DNA from: an uncultured bacterium
Lineage (GTDB): Bacteria; Fidelibacterota; Marinisomatia; Marinisomatales; UBA1611
Direction of reading: 5' to 3'
NCBI GenBank assembly: GCA_943788175.1
Contig: CALSPG010000006.1
Span: forward strand, 1-64,000
DNA length: 64,000 nucleotides
Shown: piece after piece, positions 46,444-56,820 of the stretch
Numbering within the stretch: the first letter of the stretch is position 1
How the letters are laid out: each line of letters opens with the position of its first letter
Notes under the pieces: generated by a model
What the model was told of the DNA's origin: nothing
Seen by the model: only the letters and a program-made list of their open reading frames with translations
Database searches by the model: none
Translations under genes and position numbers: made by a program

Positions 46444-47607
46444 ATGAAAATTCATGAATATCAAGGAAAACAACTTTTTAAAAAGCATCAAATAAATATC
46501 CCCATTGGCATTCCTGCAATGAGCATCGATGAAGCTTTGGAAGCTTATGATAAACTTGACTCAGATGTCGTGGCTATCAAAGCACAGATACATGCGGGTG
46601 GCAGAGGCAAAGGCGGTGGTGTAAAAATTGCAATGAATAAACTCGATGCTGAAAAACACATAAAAAATATCTTTGGTATGAACTTAATTACACATCAAAC
46701 TGGAGACGAGGGTAAAAAAGTAGAAAGGCTTTATTTGGAGAGCGGGGTCAATATTAAAGATGAATTTTATGCGGCTATTACTCTTGATAGAAATAAAGAA
46801 ATGGATGTTTTCATGGTATCCTCTGAAGGTGGAATAGAAATTGAAAAAGTTGCGGCCGAATCCCCAGAAAAAATAATTAAAATATGGATTAATCCTCTAG
46901 TGGGCATTAAGTCTTTTCAGATTAGAAAATTAGCTTTTGGGCTGGGGCTCAGCGGGAATGCTTTTAAAGAAGCTACTCAGATTTTTTATAAAATGTATGA
47001 ATGCTATCAAAAGAACGATGCTTCAATTTTAGAAATCAACCCCCTAGTTGTTACAGAAGATGATAAAATAATAGCTCTTGATTCGAAATTTAATTTTGAC
47101 AGCAATGCACTTTTTAGGCAAAAACAAATATTGGAAATGCGGGATTTAAGTGAAGAAGATGAAATGGAAATCGAAGCAAGTCAATATAACTTAAATTATA
47201 TCAAACTGGATGGCAACGTTGGATGTATGGTTAATGGGGCTGGACTAGCCATGGCGACGATGGATATAATAAAAATAGCTGGAGGAGAGCCAGCAAACTT
47301 TTTAGATGTTGGTGGAACAGCGAGCGCAGAAACAGTAAAAAATGGATTCAGAATTATCTTATCAGATAAAAATGTAAAATCTATTTTAATCAATATTTTT
47401 GGAGGAATAGTTCGTTGCGATAGAGTAGCTAAGGGAGTTGTGCAAGCTGTTGGTGAGCTAGGCTTAAGCGTCCCAGTAATTGTACGACTGAGTGGTACCA
47501 ATGCAGAGGAAGCTAAAGAAATTCTATCAAATTCTGATGTATCTGTCATTCCCGCAACTGGAATGAAAGATGCTGCAGAAAAAGCTGTCAAAGCCATAAA
47601 TAATTAA
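46444..47607 (+). CDS. sucC: Succinyl-CoA synthetase beta subunit
   Basis: MKIHEYQGK, KAQIHAGGRGK, NGAGLAMATMD and NIFGGIVRCD. Confidence 0.98.
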   Translation: MKIHEYQGKQLFKKHQINIPIGIPAMSIDEALEAYDKLDSDVVAIKAQIHAGGRGKGGGVKIAMNKLDAEKHIKNIFGMNLITHQTGDEGKKVERLYLESGVNIKDEFYAAITLDRNKEMDVFMVSSEGGIEIEKVAAESPEKIIKIWINPLVGIKSFQIRKLAFGLGLSGNAFKEATQIFYKMYECYQKNDASILEINPLVVTEDDKIIALDSKFNFDSNALFRQKQILEMRDLSEEDEMEIEASQYNLNYIKLDGNVGCMVNGAGLAMATMDIIKIAGGEPANFLDVGGTASAETVKNGFRIILSDKNVKSILINIFGGIVRCDRVAKGVVQAVGELGLSVPVIVRLSGTNAEEAKEILSNSDVSVIPATGMKDAAEKAVKAINN

Positions 47608-47616
47608 AGGATAAAT

Positions 47617-48492
47617 ATGTCAATACTCGTAAATAAAAACTCAAAAGTTATTGTTCAAGGCATTACTGGATCTGAAGGTGAATTTCATACTAAACAGATG
47701 TTAGAATATGGAACTAATATAGTTGGAGGTGTGACTCCTGGGAAGGGTGGTCAAAAAACGATTAATGAAGCTATAAATGTTTACAACTCTGTTGAGGAGT
47801 CCGTTAAAGAAACAGGTGCTAATACTTCAATTATTTTCGTACCTCCCCCCTTTGCTGCTGATGCTATTATTGAATCGAGCTATGCTGGCATCGGTCTAAT
47901 TGTTTGCATAACTGAAGGCGTGCCTATCCAAGATATGGTAAAAGTAAAGCAAGTTGTTGAAAAGAATGGCACTAGGCTTATTGGGCCAAATTGTCCAGGA
48001 ATTATAACAGTCGATGAATGCAAACTTGGTATTATGCCCGGTTTTATATGCCAAAAAGGTAATATTGGAGTAGTGTCAAAATCAGGAACATTAACCTACG
48101 AGGCGATTGATCAGCTTGTAAATTCAGGCCTTGGTCAAACAACAGCTATAGGAATTGGTGGTGACCCTATTATTGGTACTTCTATGAAAGACTGCTTGGA
48201 GTTATTCCAGGAAGATCCAGAAACAGAAGGAGTTGTTATTATTGGTGAGATTGGCGGGCAAATGGAGATTGAAGCTGCTCAGTGGGCAAAAGAGAATATG
48301 TCAAAACCTATTGCTGGATTTATTGCTGGCCAAACTGCTCCTCCTGGAAAACGAATGGGACATGCTGGGGCAATTGTTTCAGGCGGGAATGACACAGCAA
48401 AAGCGAAAATGGATTTTTTAGAAAAATGTGATATTGCCGTTTCCGAATCGGTCGCGGACATTGGCGCATTAATGAAATCTTTAATGAATTAA
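47617..48492 (+). CDS. sucD: Succinyl-CoA synthetase alpha subunit
   Basis: VQGITG, GPNCPG and MGHAGA. Confidence 0.98.
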   Translation: MSILVNKNSKVIVQGITGSEGEFHTKQMLEYGTNIVGGVTPGKGGQKTINEAINVYNSVEESVKETGANTSIIFVPPPFAADAIIESSYAGIGLIVCITEGVPIQDMVKVKQVVEKNGTRLIGPNCPGIITVDECKLGIMPGFICQKGNIGVVSKSGTLTYEAIDQLVNSGLGQTTAIGIGGDPIIGTSMKDCLELFQEDPETEGVVIIGEIGGQMEIEAAQWAKENMSKPIAGFIAGQTAPPGKRMGHAGAIVSGGNDTAKAKMDFLEKCDIAVSESVADIGALMKSLMN

Positions 48493-48514
48493 AACAATAA
48501 AATTAGGATAAAAA

Positions 48515-48940
48515 ATGAAAAATATAACCTTTGCAATGATAAAGCCAGATGCAGTTAGAAATCGCAATACTGGTAAAATTTATGACCGTATACTTACTTC
48601 TGGTTTTAGCATCATAAGCGCAAAATTACTACGAATGACAAAATCACAAGCAGAAGGATTTTATGATGTCCATTCAGAAAGGCCTTTCTTTGGAGAACTC
48701 ACAGAGTTTATGTCATCAGGACCCTGCATGGTTTTAGCACTACAAAAGGAAAATGCAGTAGAAGAATGGAGAAAAACCATTGGCGCAACAAACCCAGATG
48801 AAGCAGAAACTGGCAGTATTAGAAAGGATTTTGCCACAAGTATTGGAGAAAATGCAGTGCACGGATCAGATTCTGATGAAAATGCTAAAAAAGAGATTGG
48901 ATTTTTCTTCTCAGAGAGTGAACTTATAGCTAATGAATAA
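48515..48940 (+). CDS. ndk: Nucleoside diphosphate kinase
   Basis: IKPDA and NAVHGSDS. Confidence 0.98.
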   Translation: MKNITFAMIKPDAVRNRNTGKIYDRILTSGFSIISAKLLRMTKSQAEGFYDVHSERPFFGELTEFMSSGPCMVLALQKENAVEEWRKTIGATNPDEAETGSIRKDFATSIGENAVHGSDSDENAKKEIGFFFSESELIANE

Positions 48941-48952
48941 AAATTCACTTAA

Positions 48953-49906
48953 ATGAGAAGAATACTATATATATCACTTTTAATACTTTTAATATCTTGT
49001 GGTGGCAAAGGGGTTGAAGGCCAAGTCGGACAGATCATCTCAATTGCAGCGGAAGAAAACCTTGAAGAAACTAATGTGGATTATAATTGGATTATTATGG
49101 GTCAGCCTGATGGAAGTTTATTGAGCCCAAAAGACCTTAAATATAAAAACAGTGGCCAAGAAATGATCTTTATTCCTGATTACCCTGGTGATTATAACTT
49201 TGAAGTTTCTGTTACAAAATTTGGAGATGAACTGTCTAGTCAATCTTTTTTCTTTTCCATCTCTGATTTTGAGGACGATAACATTGAAGACACACAAGAT
49301 GAAACATCAAAAGAAGAAAAATGGCTTAAAGAAAGTTTAGATGACTTTGATAGACAACCTGAAAGCCAAGGCAAAAATGAAGATGATGAAGATGATGAAG
49401 ATGATGAAGATGATGAAGATGATGAAGATGATGAAGATGATGAAGATGATGAAGATGATGAAGATGATGAAGATGATGAAAATGATGAAAATGATGAAGA
49501 TGATGAAGATGATGAAGATGATGAAGATGATGAAAATGATGAAACCATTTCTAAAAAAAGAAATATTAAAAAGCCTTCAATAAAAGCAATTATTCCAAAA
49601 AACAAATCAAGAAATAAACCTAGAGTAATTAAAGGTGCAAATATAGCCGCAAAACGTGACCGTTTTACAATCCAAGTTATTTCAAAAAAACGATTAGTAG
49701 ATGCTCAACAGTTTGCTGATAAACTCATAAAATCTGGTTATGATGCTTACATTCAAAAAGCATATTTTAAAGAGACTGAAGAGGTCTGGTATAGAGTTAG
49801 AATAGGAAGTTATGACAATTACAACTCAGCTCAAGCTGTTGCCAATGTAGTGAGTAAAGATATTAAGCTTTCTGTTTGGGTAGATTTTGTAAGAATTGAT
49901 AATTAA
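48953..49906 (+). CDS. Lipoprotein: PKD/Ig-like domain, acidic repeat linker, SPOR domain
   Basis: Lipobox LISC, then YNW...FIPDYPGDYNFEVSV, (E[D/N]D)18, and SPOR FTIQV...WYRVRIGSY. Confidence 0.85.
   Translation: MRRILYISLLILLISCGGKGVEGQVGQIISIAAEENLEETNVDYNWIIMGQPDGSLLSPKDLKYKNSGQEMIFIPDYPGDYNFEVSVTKFGDELSSQSFFFSISDFEDDNIEDTQDETSKEEKWLKESLDDFDRQPESQGKNEDDEDDEDDEDDEDDEDDEDDEDDEDDEDDEDDENDENDEDDEDDEDDEDDENDETISKKRNIKKPSIKAIIPKNKSRNKPRVIKGANIAAKRDRFTIQVISKKRLVDAQQFADKLIKSGYDAYIQKAYFKETEEVWYRVRIGSYDNYNSAQAVANVVSKDIKLSVWVDFVRIDN
49379..49540 (+). repeat. 9-bp tandem repeat GAA(G/A)ATGAT x18
   Basis: 162 bp: 15 GAAGATGAT units and 3 GAAAATGAT units, in frame. Confidence 0.97.
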
Positions 49907-49932
49907 TTTTATTATTGAAATTGTAAAATATT

Positions 49933-51177
49933 TTGTTTGAAAAAAAATTACATTTTAATTACAAGGATATATTTCTTTCTCCAAGGTTAGCATTAAGCCC
50001 AAAGAAAATTTGGGTTTTTATATTAGGTAACTTATATGGTTATATAGCTTACTGGGTTCTAACGTTTATAGCAATGATACTATCAGGAGTAGAAATTAAC
50101 GAAGCTCTGTACGATTATGGATTATACCCCTATTTATCAGGTACTGACTTTTCGCCAATATCTTGGTCGATTTATTACGCTGGAATAATATTTTGGGCTC
50201 TCTCTCTTTTAGCTTCAAGCACTGCTGTCTCTTCCATAACAATTAGACAACTTAGAGGAGATAATTTTTATTCAGCAAATGATGCTTTTGACCAAATATT
50301 AAAAAAATGGAAAACAATCTTATTTACACCCATAACATTGATATTGATTTTATTAGCACTGATTGTAATAGGTGGTTTTTTTGCAATTCTTGGTAGAATA
50401 TCATTTATTGGGCCGTTGTTAGTTGCTATCACTTATCCGTTGTTATTTTTGGGTTCAATATTTTTGGTTTTCTCATACCTAGTTTTCATCTCTTCATTTT
50501 CGTTGTATCCATCAGCAGTTGGCGCTTACGATGAAGATACAATTGGTTCTGTTTTTCATGCATATCAAACTACTTTTAACCAACCATGGAGAATATTAAC
50601 CTACAACATCCTATTATTACCACTGGTCATTTTATCAATGAAATTATTATCCTGGTTCTGTCAACTTGGTTTTAATGTTATGAATCTATTTTCTGAACAG
50701 GTTATGGGATCAAGCTATTCTAATATTATGAGCTATGCGTTATCAGTATTAAATTTAGATTTTATCTTAGCTAATGCTCCACTTTATGAAATAACATTTT
50801 TGACTGATTCATTGAGCCTTCAAAGCTTAGTATCAGTTTTTGTTAATATTTTAACCAGCTTATTTGCAGAAATTTTTAATATAATTTTATCTTGTCTACC
50901 TTTGTTAGAATATAGTACAGATGGAGGTTATATATCTTCAGTTGAGACAATCGCTGGTCTCATTCTTTCTATTTCTTTTATATTTTTATACCTATCAGTC
51001 CTCTCCTATGGTTTTTCCATTGTTTCCGTAGGTCAAACAATCATTTTTATAATTTTTAAAAAGTTAAATGATGATGAAAACTTAGTCTTAGATAATCCTC
51101 CTATTATTAATAAGAACTCAGACAGCATTGAACATTCAAGCGCAGAAATTCTTGACTCAATTAGCGAAGAAGAGTAG
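49933..51177 (+). CDS. Polytopic membrane protein, unknown function
   Basis: 414 aa with multiple hydrophobic helices and an acidic tail. Confidence 0.8.
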   Translation: MFEKKLHFNYKDIFLSPRLALSPKKIWVFILGNLYGYIAYWVLTFIAMILSGVEINEALYDYGLYPYLSGTDFSPISWSIYYAGIIFWALSLLASSTAVSSITIRQLRGDNFYSANDAFDQILKKWKTILFTPITLILILLALIVIGGFFAILGRISFIGPLLVAITYPLLFLGSIFLVFSYLVFISSFSLYPSAVGAYDEDTIGSVFHAYQTTFNQPWRILTYNILLLPLVILSMKLLSWFCQLGFNVMNLFSEQVMGSSYSNIMSYALSVLNLDFILANAPLYEITFLTDSLSLQSLVSVFVNILTSLFAEIFNIILSCLPLLEYSTDGGYISSVETIAGLILSISFIFLYLSVLSYGFSIVSVGQTIIFIIFKKLNDDENLVLDNPPIINKNSDSIEHSSAEILDSISEEE

Positions 51178-51237
51178 CATCGTTCTATTTGATTGCAACT
51201 TGTAATACTTATTCAAGATAGGTAATTTTAGAACTGT

Positions 51238-51687
51238 ATGATAGTTTTACGTTCGGATTTGTTAACCGGATTTAAAAACAAGCTTTTTGAAATAGAGTTA
51301 AAAACGACAGATAATAATTTAGTTTTTGAGAATAATAAGTTAGCATGTGAACTAAGTTCTACAACCTCAAAGTATGGGTTTAAAATTTCAGGATTCATTT
51401 TCAATAACATTGTTAATTGTTGTGATAGATGCCTCAAAGAATATGTTCTTAATGATAAGATTAAAATATCTTTTCTGATATCAAATCAAAAAAATGATAA
51501 TAATATTGGTAATTATGACGTCCTTTATTGGTCTAGTAAATCAGATAGAGTTAATTTAAAAAACACATTACTAGAAATATTATTTGTGGAAGTTCCATTC
51601 AAAAAATTATGCTCTAATAATTGTAAAGGTATTTGCCTAAATTGCGGTATAAACCTAAACAACGAACCTTGTTCATGCAAAAACTAA
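51238..51687 (+). CDS. yceD: DUF177/YceD-family protein
   Basis: CDRCL and LCSNNCKGICLNCGINLN; lies upstream of rpmF. Confidence 0.9.
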   Translation: MIVLRSDLLTGFKNKLFEIELKTTDNNLVFENNKLACELSSTTSKYGFKISGFIFNNIVNCCDRCLKEYVLNDKIKISFLISNQKNDNNIGNYDVLYWSSKSDRVNLKNTLLEILFVEVPFKKLCSNNCKGICLNCGINLNNEPCSCKN

Positions 51688-51716
51688 TTAAGTAAAATTA
51701 CTCTAGGAGAGAAATC

Positions 51717-51893
51717 ATGGCATTGCCTAAGCGAAGACAATCAAAGTCAAGAAGTAAAAAAAGAAGAACTCATTATAAATCAGGTCTAGTTTCTACTACT
51801 ACCTGTCCTCAATGCAATGCTACAAAAATGCAGCACAGAGCATGCCCAAGTTGCGGATATTACAGAGGTAGACCTGTAATTTCTTCTTCTTAA
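51717..51893 (+). CDS. rpmF: 50S ribosomal protein L32 (Zn-ribbon type)
   Basis: Not in the track (58 aa): MALPKRRQSKSRSKKRRTH...CPQC...HRACPSCGYYRG, with an AGGAG RBS. Confidence 0.97.
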   Translation: MALPKRRQSKSRSKKRRTHYKSGLVSTTTCPQCNATKMQHRACPSCGYYRGRPVISSS

Positions 51894-51963
51894 GTATCAA
51901 TAAGTTCCCTATTGAATTTTAATAATATCACGAACCTAAATTTTCTAATATAGTCATATTATT

Positions 51964-52953
51964 TTGAAGGCGACCATCACATCTACGGCTCACTATGTAC
52001 CAGAAAAAGTTTTAACAAATTCTGAACTTGAAAAATTTGTTGAAACTTCTGATGAGTGGATACAAAGCCGTGTAGGCATTAAACAAAGACACGTAGTCAG
52101 CAAAGGAGAAGCCTCTTCTGATATGTCGACAGAAGTTGCCAAGTTACTTTTGCAAAAAAGAGGCATTAGCCCAAATGAAATCGATGTTATAATTATTGGA
52201 ACAGTTACACCTGATCATCCTACTCCATCTACTGCCGCGATTGTTCAAAATAATATCAAAGCTGAAAATGCATGGGCATTTGATTTAAGCGCTGCATGTA
52301 GCGGGTTTTTATTTTCGTTGGAAACGGGCGCTCGATTTATTGAATCAGGCAAATATAAATATATTATGGTTATAGGTGTGGATACTATGACATCAATATT
52401 AGACTTTAAAGATAGAGAGACTTGTATAATTTTCGGTGATGGTGCTGGTGGCGTCATTCTTGAAGCTTCTAAATCAGATGCAGGTATTTTAGGATCTATT
52501 CTTAAAACTGATGGCTCAGGCGCTGAGAGCCTTAATGTCTTAGCAGGTGGAAGTAGATTTCCAGCATCAATCGAAACCATTAATCAAAGACAACACTATA
52601 TAAAACAAGACGGTAAAAAAGTTTTTAAATTTGCTATAAGAAGGATGTCAGATGTTTCTACTAAGTTGCTTAAAGAAAATGGCTTAAGTGGCACAGATGT
52701 TGATTTATTCATACCCCACCAAGCAAATAAGCGAATTATAGAAGCAACTGGAGAACGTTGTGGTATTCCCAAAGATAAAGTAATGATTAATATAGATAAG
52801 TATGGTAATACAACTGCCGGGACAATACCAATTGCTCTAAATGAAGCAGTAGAAAAAAATCTAATTTCAGATGGAGACTATGTTTTATTGTCTGCATTTG
52901 GTTCTGGTTTTACTTGGGGTAGCATTTTAATAAAATGGAATTCTAAAAAATGA
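51964..52953 (+). CDS. fabH: 3-oxoacyl-ACP synthase III
   Basis: AACSGF, FGDGAG, PHQAN, GNT and FGSGFTW. Confidence 0.97.
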   Translation: MKATITSTAHYVPEKVLTNSELEKFVETSDEWIQSRVGIKQRHVVSKGEASSDMSTEVAKLLLQKRGISPNEIDVIIIGTVTPDHPTPSTAAIVQNNIKAENAWAFDLSAACSGFLFSLETGARFIESGKYKYIMVIGVDTMTSILDFKDRETCIIFGDGAGGVILEASKSDAGILGSILKTDGSGAESLNVLAGGSRFPASIETINQRQHYIKQDGKKVFKFAIRRMSDVSTKLLKENGLSGTDVDLFIPHQANKRIIEATGERCGIPKDKVMINIDKYGNTTAGTIPIALNEAVEKNLISDGDYVLLSAFGSGFTWGSILIKWNSKK

Positions 52954-53870
52954 AAAAAGGTTGGCTCTTCCCTGGCCAAGCATCTCAAAAAGTTGGGATG
53001 GGAAAAGATTTTTATGAAGAAACCGAGCTTGGAAAGAAATATTTTGATATAGCCAATGATACTTTAGGTATAGATATTCAAAATATTATTTTCAATGGTC
53101 CTGATGAAAAATTAAGAATAACAAAACATACCCAACCGGCAATTTTTATAGTCAGCACAATTATTAGTGAACTACTCATAAAAAAAGGTTTTAAACCAGA
53201 TGGTGTCGCTGGTCACAGCCTAGGAGAATATAGCGCACTTGTAGCTGCACAAGGAATTGATTTCAAAACAGGGCTCGAACTAGTCAAAATACGTTCAGAA
53301 AGCATGGCTAAGGCTGGTGAGGATAACCCCGGTACTATGGCAGCCATAATAGGCATGGATTTAGATAGTGTTACTAAATTAGCCGATGAAATAAGCACAG
53401 ATCAGATTGTTGTTGCAGCAAATCATAATACGGAAAATCAGATAGTTATTTCTGGTAATATAAAAGCAGTTCAAAGTTTTACAGATATCGCAAAAGAACA
53501 TGGTGCTAGAATGGCGATTCCCTTAAATGTTAGTGGAGCTTTTCATTCACCGCTCATGCAACCAGCTAGAGAAGAACTTGCCGATAAGCTAGATTCTATT
53601 CAAATTTCAGATATTAATATTCCACTTTTTTCAAATTTTAGTGCAAAGCCAACTATGAACGGATCAAATATAAAACAATCATTAATCAGTCAACTCGAGA
53701 ACCCAGTGCTTTGGTTAGAATCAATAAATAATATGGTTAATAGCGGGTTTTCTATTTTTACTGAAATCGGTCCTGGAAAAGTTCTCAAAGGATTAAATAA
53801 AAAAATAAATAAAAATTTAGAGACCAAGAATATTGAGACGTATGAGGAGTTTATATCATATGAGGTTTGA
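52950..53870 (+). CDS. fabD: Malonyl-CoA:ACP transacylase
   Basis: FPGQASQ, GHSLGE and AFHS. Confidence 0.97.
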   Translation: MKKGWLFPGQASQKVGMGKDFYEETELGKKYFDIANDTLGIDIQNIIFNGPDEKLRITKHTQPAIFIVSTIISELLIKKGFKPDGVAGHSLGEYSALVAAQGIDFKTGLELVKIRSESMAKAGEDNPGTMAAIIGMDLDSVTKLADEISTDQIVVAANHNTENQIVISGNIKAVQSFTDIAKEHGARMAIPLNVSGAFHSPLMQPAREELADKLDSIQISDINIPLFSNFSAKPTMNGSNIKQSLISQLENPVLWLESINNMVNSGFSIFTEIGPGKVLKGLNKKINKNLETKNIETYEEFISYEV

Positions 53871-54609
53871 TCTAAGCCATAAAACAGCAATAGTAACTGG
53901 AGCATCTCAAGGCATTGGAAAAACTATTGCAATTGAAATGGCAAAATCTGGAGCAATTGTATTTTGCTTAGCTCGGAATAAAGAGGCGCTTGATGCCACA
54001 ATCAAAAAAATAACAGAAAATGGTGGTAAAGCCGCTGCATTCTCGTGTGATATATCTAACAATGATGACTTTAAAACTATTATTCTAAATATTGTAAAAG
54101 AATATGGTTCAATAGATATCCTCGTTAATAATGCAGGTATTACCAAAGACAACCTTCTAATGCGCATGTCAGACGATCAATGGGATGATGTTTTAAACAT
54201 TAATTTAAAAGGATCCTTTACATGCACTCGATCAGTTATCAAACATATGATGAAGAAAAAATTTGGAAGGATTATTAATATAACTTCAATTGTTGGTATA
54301 ACTGGGAATGCTGGACAGGCAAATTATGCAGCATCAAAATCTGGTTTAATTGGCCTGACTAAATCAATAGCAAAAGAAGTTGCATCTAGAGGAATAACAG
54401 CTAATTGTGTAGCGCCAGGATGGATTGAGACCTCCATGACAGATCAGTTAAGCACTGAAGTAAAGAATAAGTTTTTATCACAGATTCCAACTGGTAAAAT
54501 TGGGCAATCTAAAGATATAGCAAATACAGTAATTTTTTTAGCTTCTGATGAAGCCAGTTATATCACTGGCCAAACCATTACTGTAGATGGCGGAAGAATA
54601 ATTAACTAA
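53860..54609 (+). CDS. fabG: 3-oxoacyl-ACP reductase
   Basis: [16 protein letters not shown] and YAASK. Confidence 0.97.
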   Translation: MRFDLSHKTAIVTGASQGIGKTIAIEMAKSGAIVFCLARNKEALDATIKKITENGGKAAAFSCDISNNDDFKTIILNIVKEYGSIDILVNNAGITKDNLLMRMSDDQWDDVLNINLKGSFTCTRSVIKHMMKKKFGRIINITSIVGITGNAGQANYAASKSGLIGLTKSIAKEVASRGITANCVAPGWIETSMTDQLSTEVKNKFLSQIPTGKIGQSKDIANTVIFLASDEASYITGQTITVDGGRIIN

Positions 54610-54625
54610 CAAAAGGAGAAACCTA

Positions 54626-54856
54626 ATGTCAACATTTGATAAAGTAAAAGAAGTTGTAATTGATAAACTTGGCGTTGATGAAGCAGCAATAACTGAAAAA
54701 GCACATTTTGTAAATGACCTTGGAGCTGATTCACTTGATACTGTAGAATTAATCATGGAATTTGAAGAAGAGTTTGGAATTGAAATCCCAGATGAAGATG
54801 CAGAAAACATTACTACAGTTAATAGCGCTGTTAAGTACATTGACGAGAACAAATAA
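54626..54856 (+). CDS. acpP: Acyl carrier protein
   Basis: [14 protein letters not shown]. Confidence 0.98.
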   Translation: MSTFDKVKEVVIDKLGVDEAAITEKAHFVNDLGADSLDTVELIMEFEEEFGIEIPDEDAENITTVNSAVKYIDENK

Positions 54857-54871
54857 CATTATAGGTTAAAA

Positions 54872-56110
54872 ATGCAAAAGAAAGTAGTTGTTACAGGTTT
54901 AGGTGCTTTAGCTCCCAATGGAAACTCTGTAGACCATTTTTGGTCTGCAATTGAATCTGGTACTAGCGGTATCGCTCCTATCACCTATTTTGATGCATCA
55001 AATCATAGGGTATCAATAGCAGGTGAATTAAAGGAGTTTAATCCTGAGCAAACTTTAGATGCCAAAGAAATACGCAAATTAGATCCATTTTCTACCTTTG
55101 CATTAATAGCATCTGATGAAGCAATTAAATCTTCAAGTATAAATCTTGAAACAATAGATCTTGACCGTGCCGGTGTAATAATTGGTAGTGGCATCGGAGG
55201 AATACAAACATTAGAGCGTGAACATGATATCATTAAAAGCAAGGGAGCGAGGAGAGTTTCTCCGCAATTTGTTGCGAAAATGATTCCAAATATTGCGGGT
55301 GGCCATGTTTCAATGAGGTTTGGTTTCCGTGGTCCTAGTCAAACAGTCATTTCAGCATGCGCTTCATCAAATGATGCAATAGGCATTGCATTAAGATTAA
55401 TTAGATATGGTGATGCAGACATTATGCTCACAGGTGGAACAGAAGCGAGTATTACTCCACTTACCATTGCAGGATTTGCTAATATGAGGGCGCTTTCGCA
55501 AAACTGTGAAGTCCCTACCGCAGCCAGTAGACCTTTTGATGCAAATAGAGACGGATTTGTATTAAGCGAAGGCGCAGGTATGTTAGTGATTGAATCGGAA
55601 GAACATGCTCTAAATAGATGTGCTCCTATATTAGCTGAAATAGCGGGTTATGGATCTTCAGATGATGCATTCCATATTACACAACCAGCTCCAGAGGGTC
55701 TTGGCGCTTTTAAAGCAATGAATAGAGCACTAGAAGACTCAAATATATCATCTACTGATATTGATTATATAAATGCGCATGGAACATCAACTCCGTTTAA
55801 TGATAAAAATGAATCAAAAGCCATTGGAAACTTATTTAAAGATAGTCTTTCAAAATTAAAAGTTAGTTCTACAAAATCTATGACTGGCCACCTACTAGGA
55901 GCAGCCGGTGGACTCGAGGCGGTTGCCACAGTTAAATCAATAATGAATGAAAGAATAGCTCCGACCATAAATTATAACAACCCAGACCCTGAATGTACTT
56001 TAGATTATACCCCAAATAAATCAGTTGCACATAAAATCAATGCAGCTTTATCAAATACATTTGGATTTGGCGGTCATAATGCTGTGCTTTGTTTCAGGAA
56101 ATATAATTGA
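54872..56110 (+). CDS. fabF: 3-oxoacyl-ACP synthase II
   Basis: SACAS, NAHGTST, GHLLGA and FGFGGHN. Confidence 0.97.
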   Translation: MQKKVVVTGLGALAPNGNSVDHFWSAIESGTSGIAPITYFDASNHRVSIAGELKEFNPEQTLDAKEIRKLDPFSTFALIASDEAIKSSSINLETIDLDRAGVIIGSGIGGIQTLEREHDIIKSKGARRVSPQFVAKMIPNIAGGHVSMRFGFRGPSQTVISACASSNDAIGIALRLIRYGDADIMLTGGTEASITPLTIAGFANMRALSQNCEVPTAASRPFDANRDGFVLSEGAGMLVIESEEHALNRCAPILAEIAGYGSSDDAFHITQPAPEGLGAFKAMNRALEDSNISSTDIDYINAHGTSTPFNDKNESKAIGNLFKDSLSKLKVSSTKSMTGHLLGAAGGLEAVATVKSIMNERIAPTINYNNPDPECTLDYTPNKSVAHKINAALSNTFGFGGHNAVLCFRKYN

Positions 56111-56820
56111 GTTTATTATATAGATTAAAAAACATACTAAAATCAGATGACCACCTATCTCCTGTTGAAAAAAAAATAAATTACCTCTTCCACAATCGTG
56201 AATACTTAGTTCAAGCATTTACGCATAAAAGCATTACTTCTTCTCCAAGAAAGAACTATGAAAGATTAGAATTTTTAGGTGATACAGTAATTGACATTAT
56301 AATTAGCCGAGAATTAATGAGAGAATTCCCTGACGGTGATGAAGGACTTCTTACCCAAAAAAGAGCTTCACTGGTACGAAAATCCTTTTTAGCACAAATA
56401 AGTAAAATGCTTGATCTCATTGACCACATCGTTATTGAATCGAGTGTTGATATGAAAATTGAAAAAATAGCAGAAAAACAACAAGCAAACCTTTTTGAAG
56501 CTATAGTTGGTGCAATATATTTAGATGGCGGAATATCGCCCTGCAGGAATTTAATTTTAGAAACTATTTGGGCTCATAGAACCGAGGCATGGAAGTCTAC
56601 CAATTACAAGGGGAAACTAATAGAATATTGCCACATGAAAGACATTGGTAGCCCATCTTTTAATGTTAAAGACATTTCAGGACCAGATCACTCAAAAACA
56701 TTTGAAATTGAGGTGAAAATTGGTGGCCAAGGCTTTCCCACGGGCATGGGACTTGATAAAAAATCTGCAGAGCAAGTAGCTGCAAAAATTGCATTAGAGC
56801 AACTTGATGCTCCTTTTTAA
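56107..56820 (+). CDS. rnc: Ribonuclease III
   Basis: NYERLEFLGD, FEAIVGAIYLD and a dsRBD. Confidence 0.96.
   Translation: MSLLYRLKNILKSDDHLSPVEKKINYLFHNREYLVQAFTHKSITSSPRKNYERLEFLGDTVIDIIISRELMREFPDGDEGLLTQKRASLVRKSFLAQISKMLDLIDHIVIESSVDMKIEKIAEKQQANLFEAIVGAIYLDGGISPCRNLILETIWAHRTEAWKSTNYKGKLIEYCHMKDIGSPSFNVKDISGPDHSKTFEIEVKIGGQGFPTGMGLDKKSAEQVAAKIALEQLDAPF

Noticed and set aside
49379-49540. Repeat array as CRISPR
   Set aside because: 9-bp head-to-tail units with no spacers and no cas genes.
49240-49605. Poly-Ser (minus strand) and (MMK)n (plus strand) ORFs
   Set aside because: Alternative-frame readings of the GAAGATGAT repeat inside the SPOR gene.
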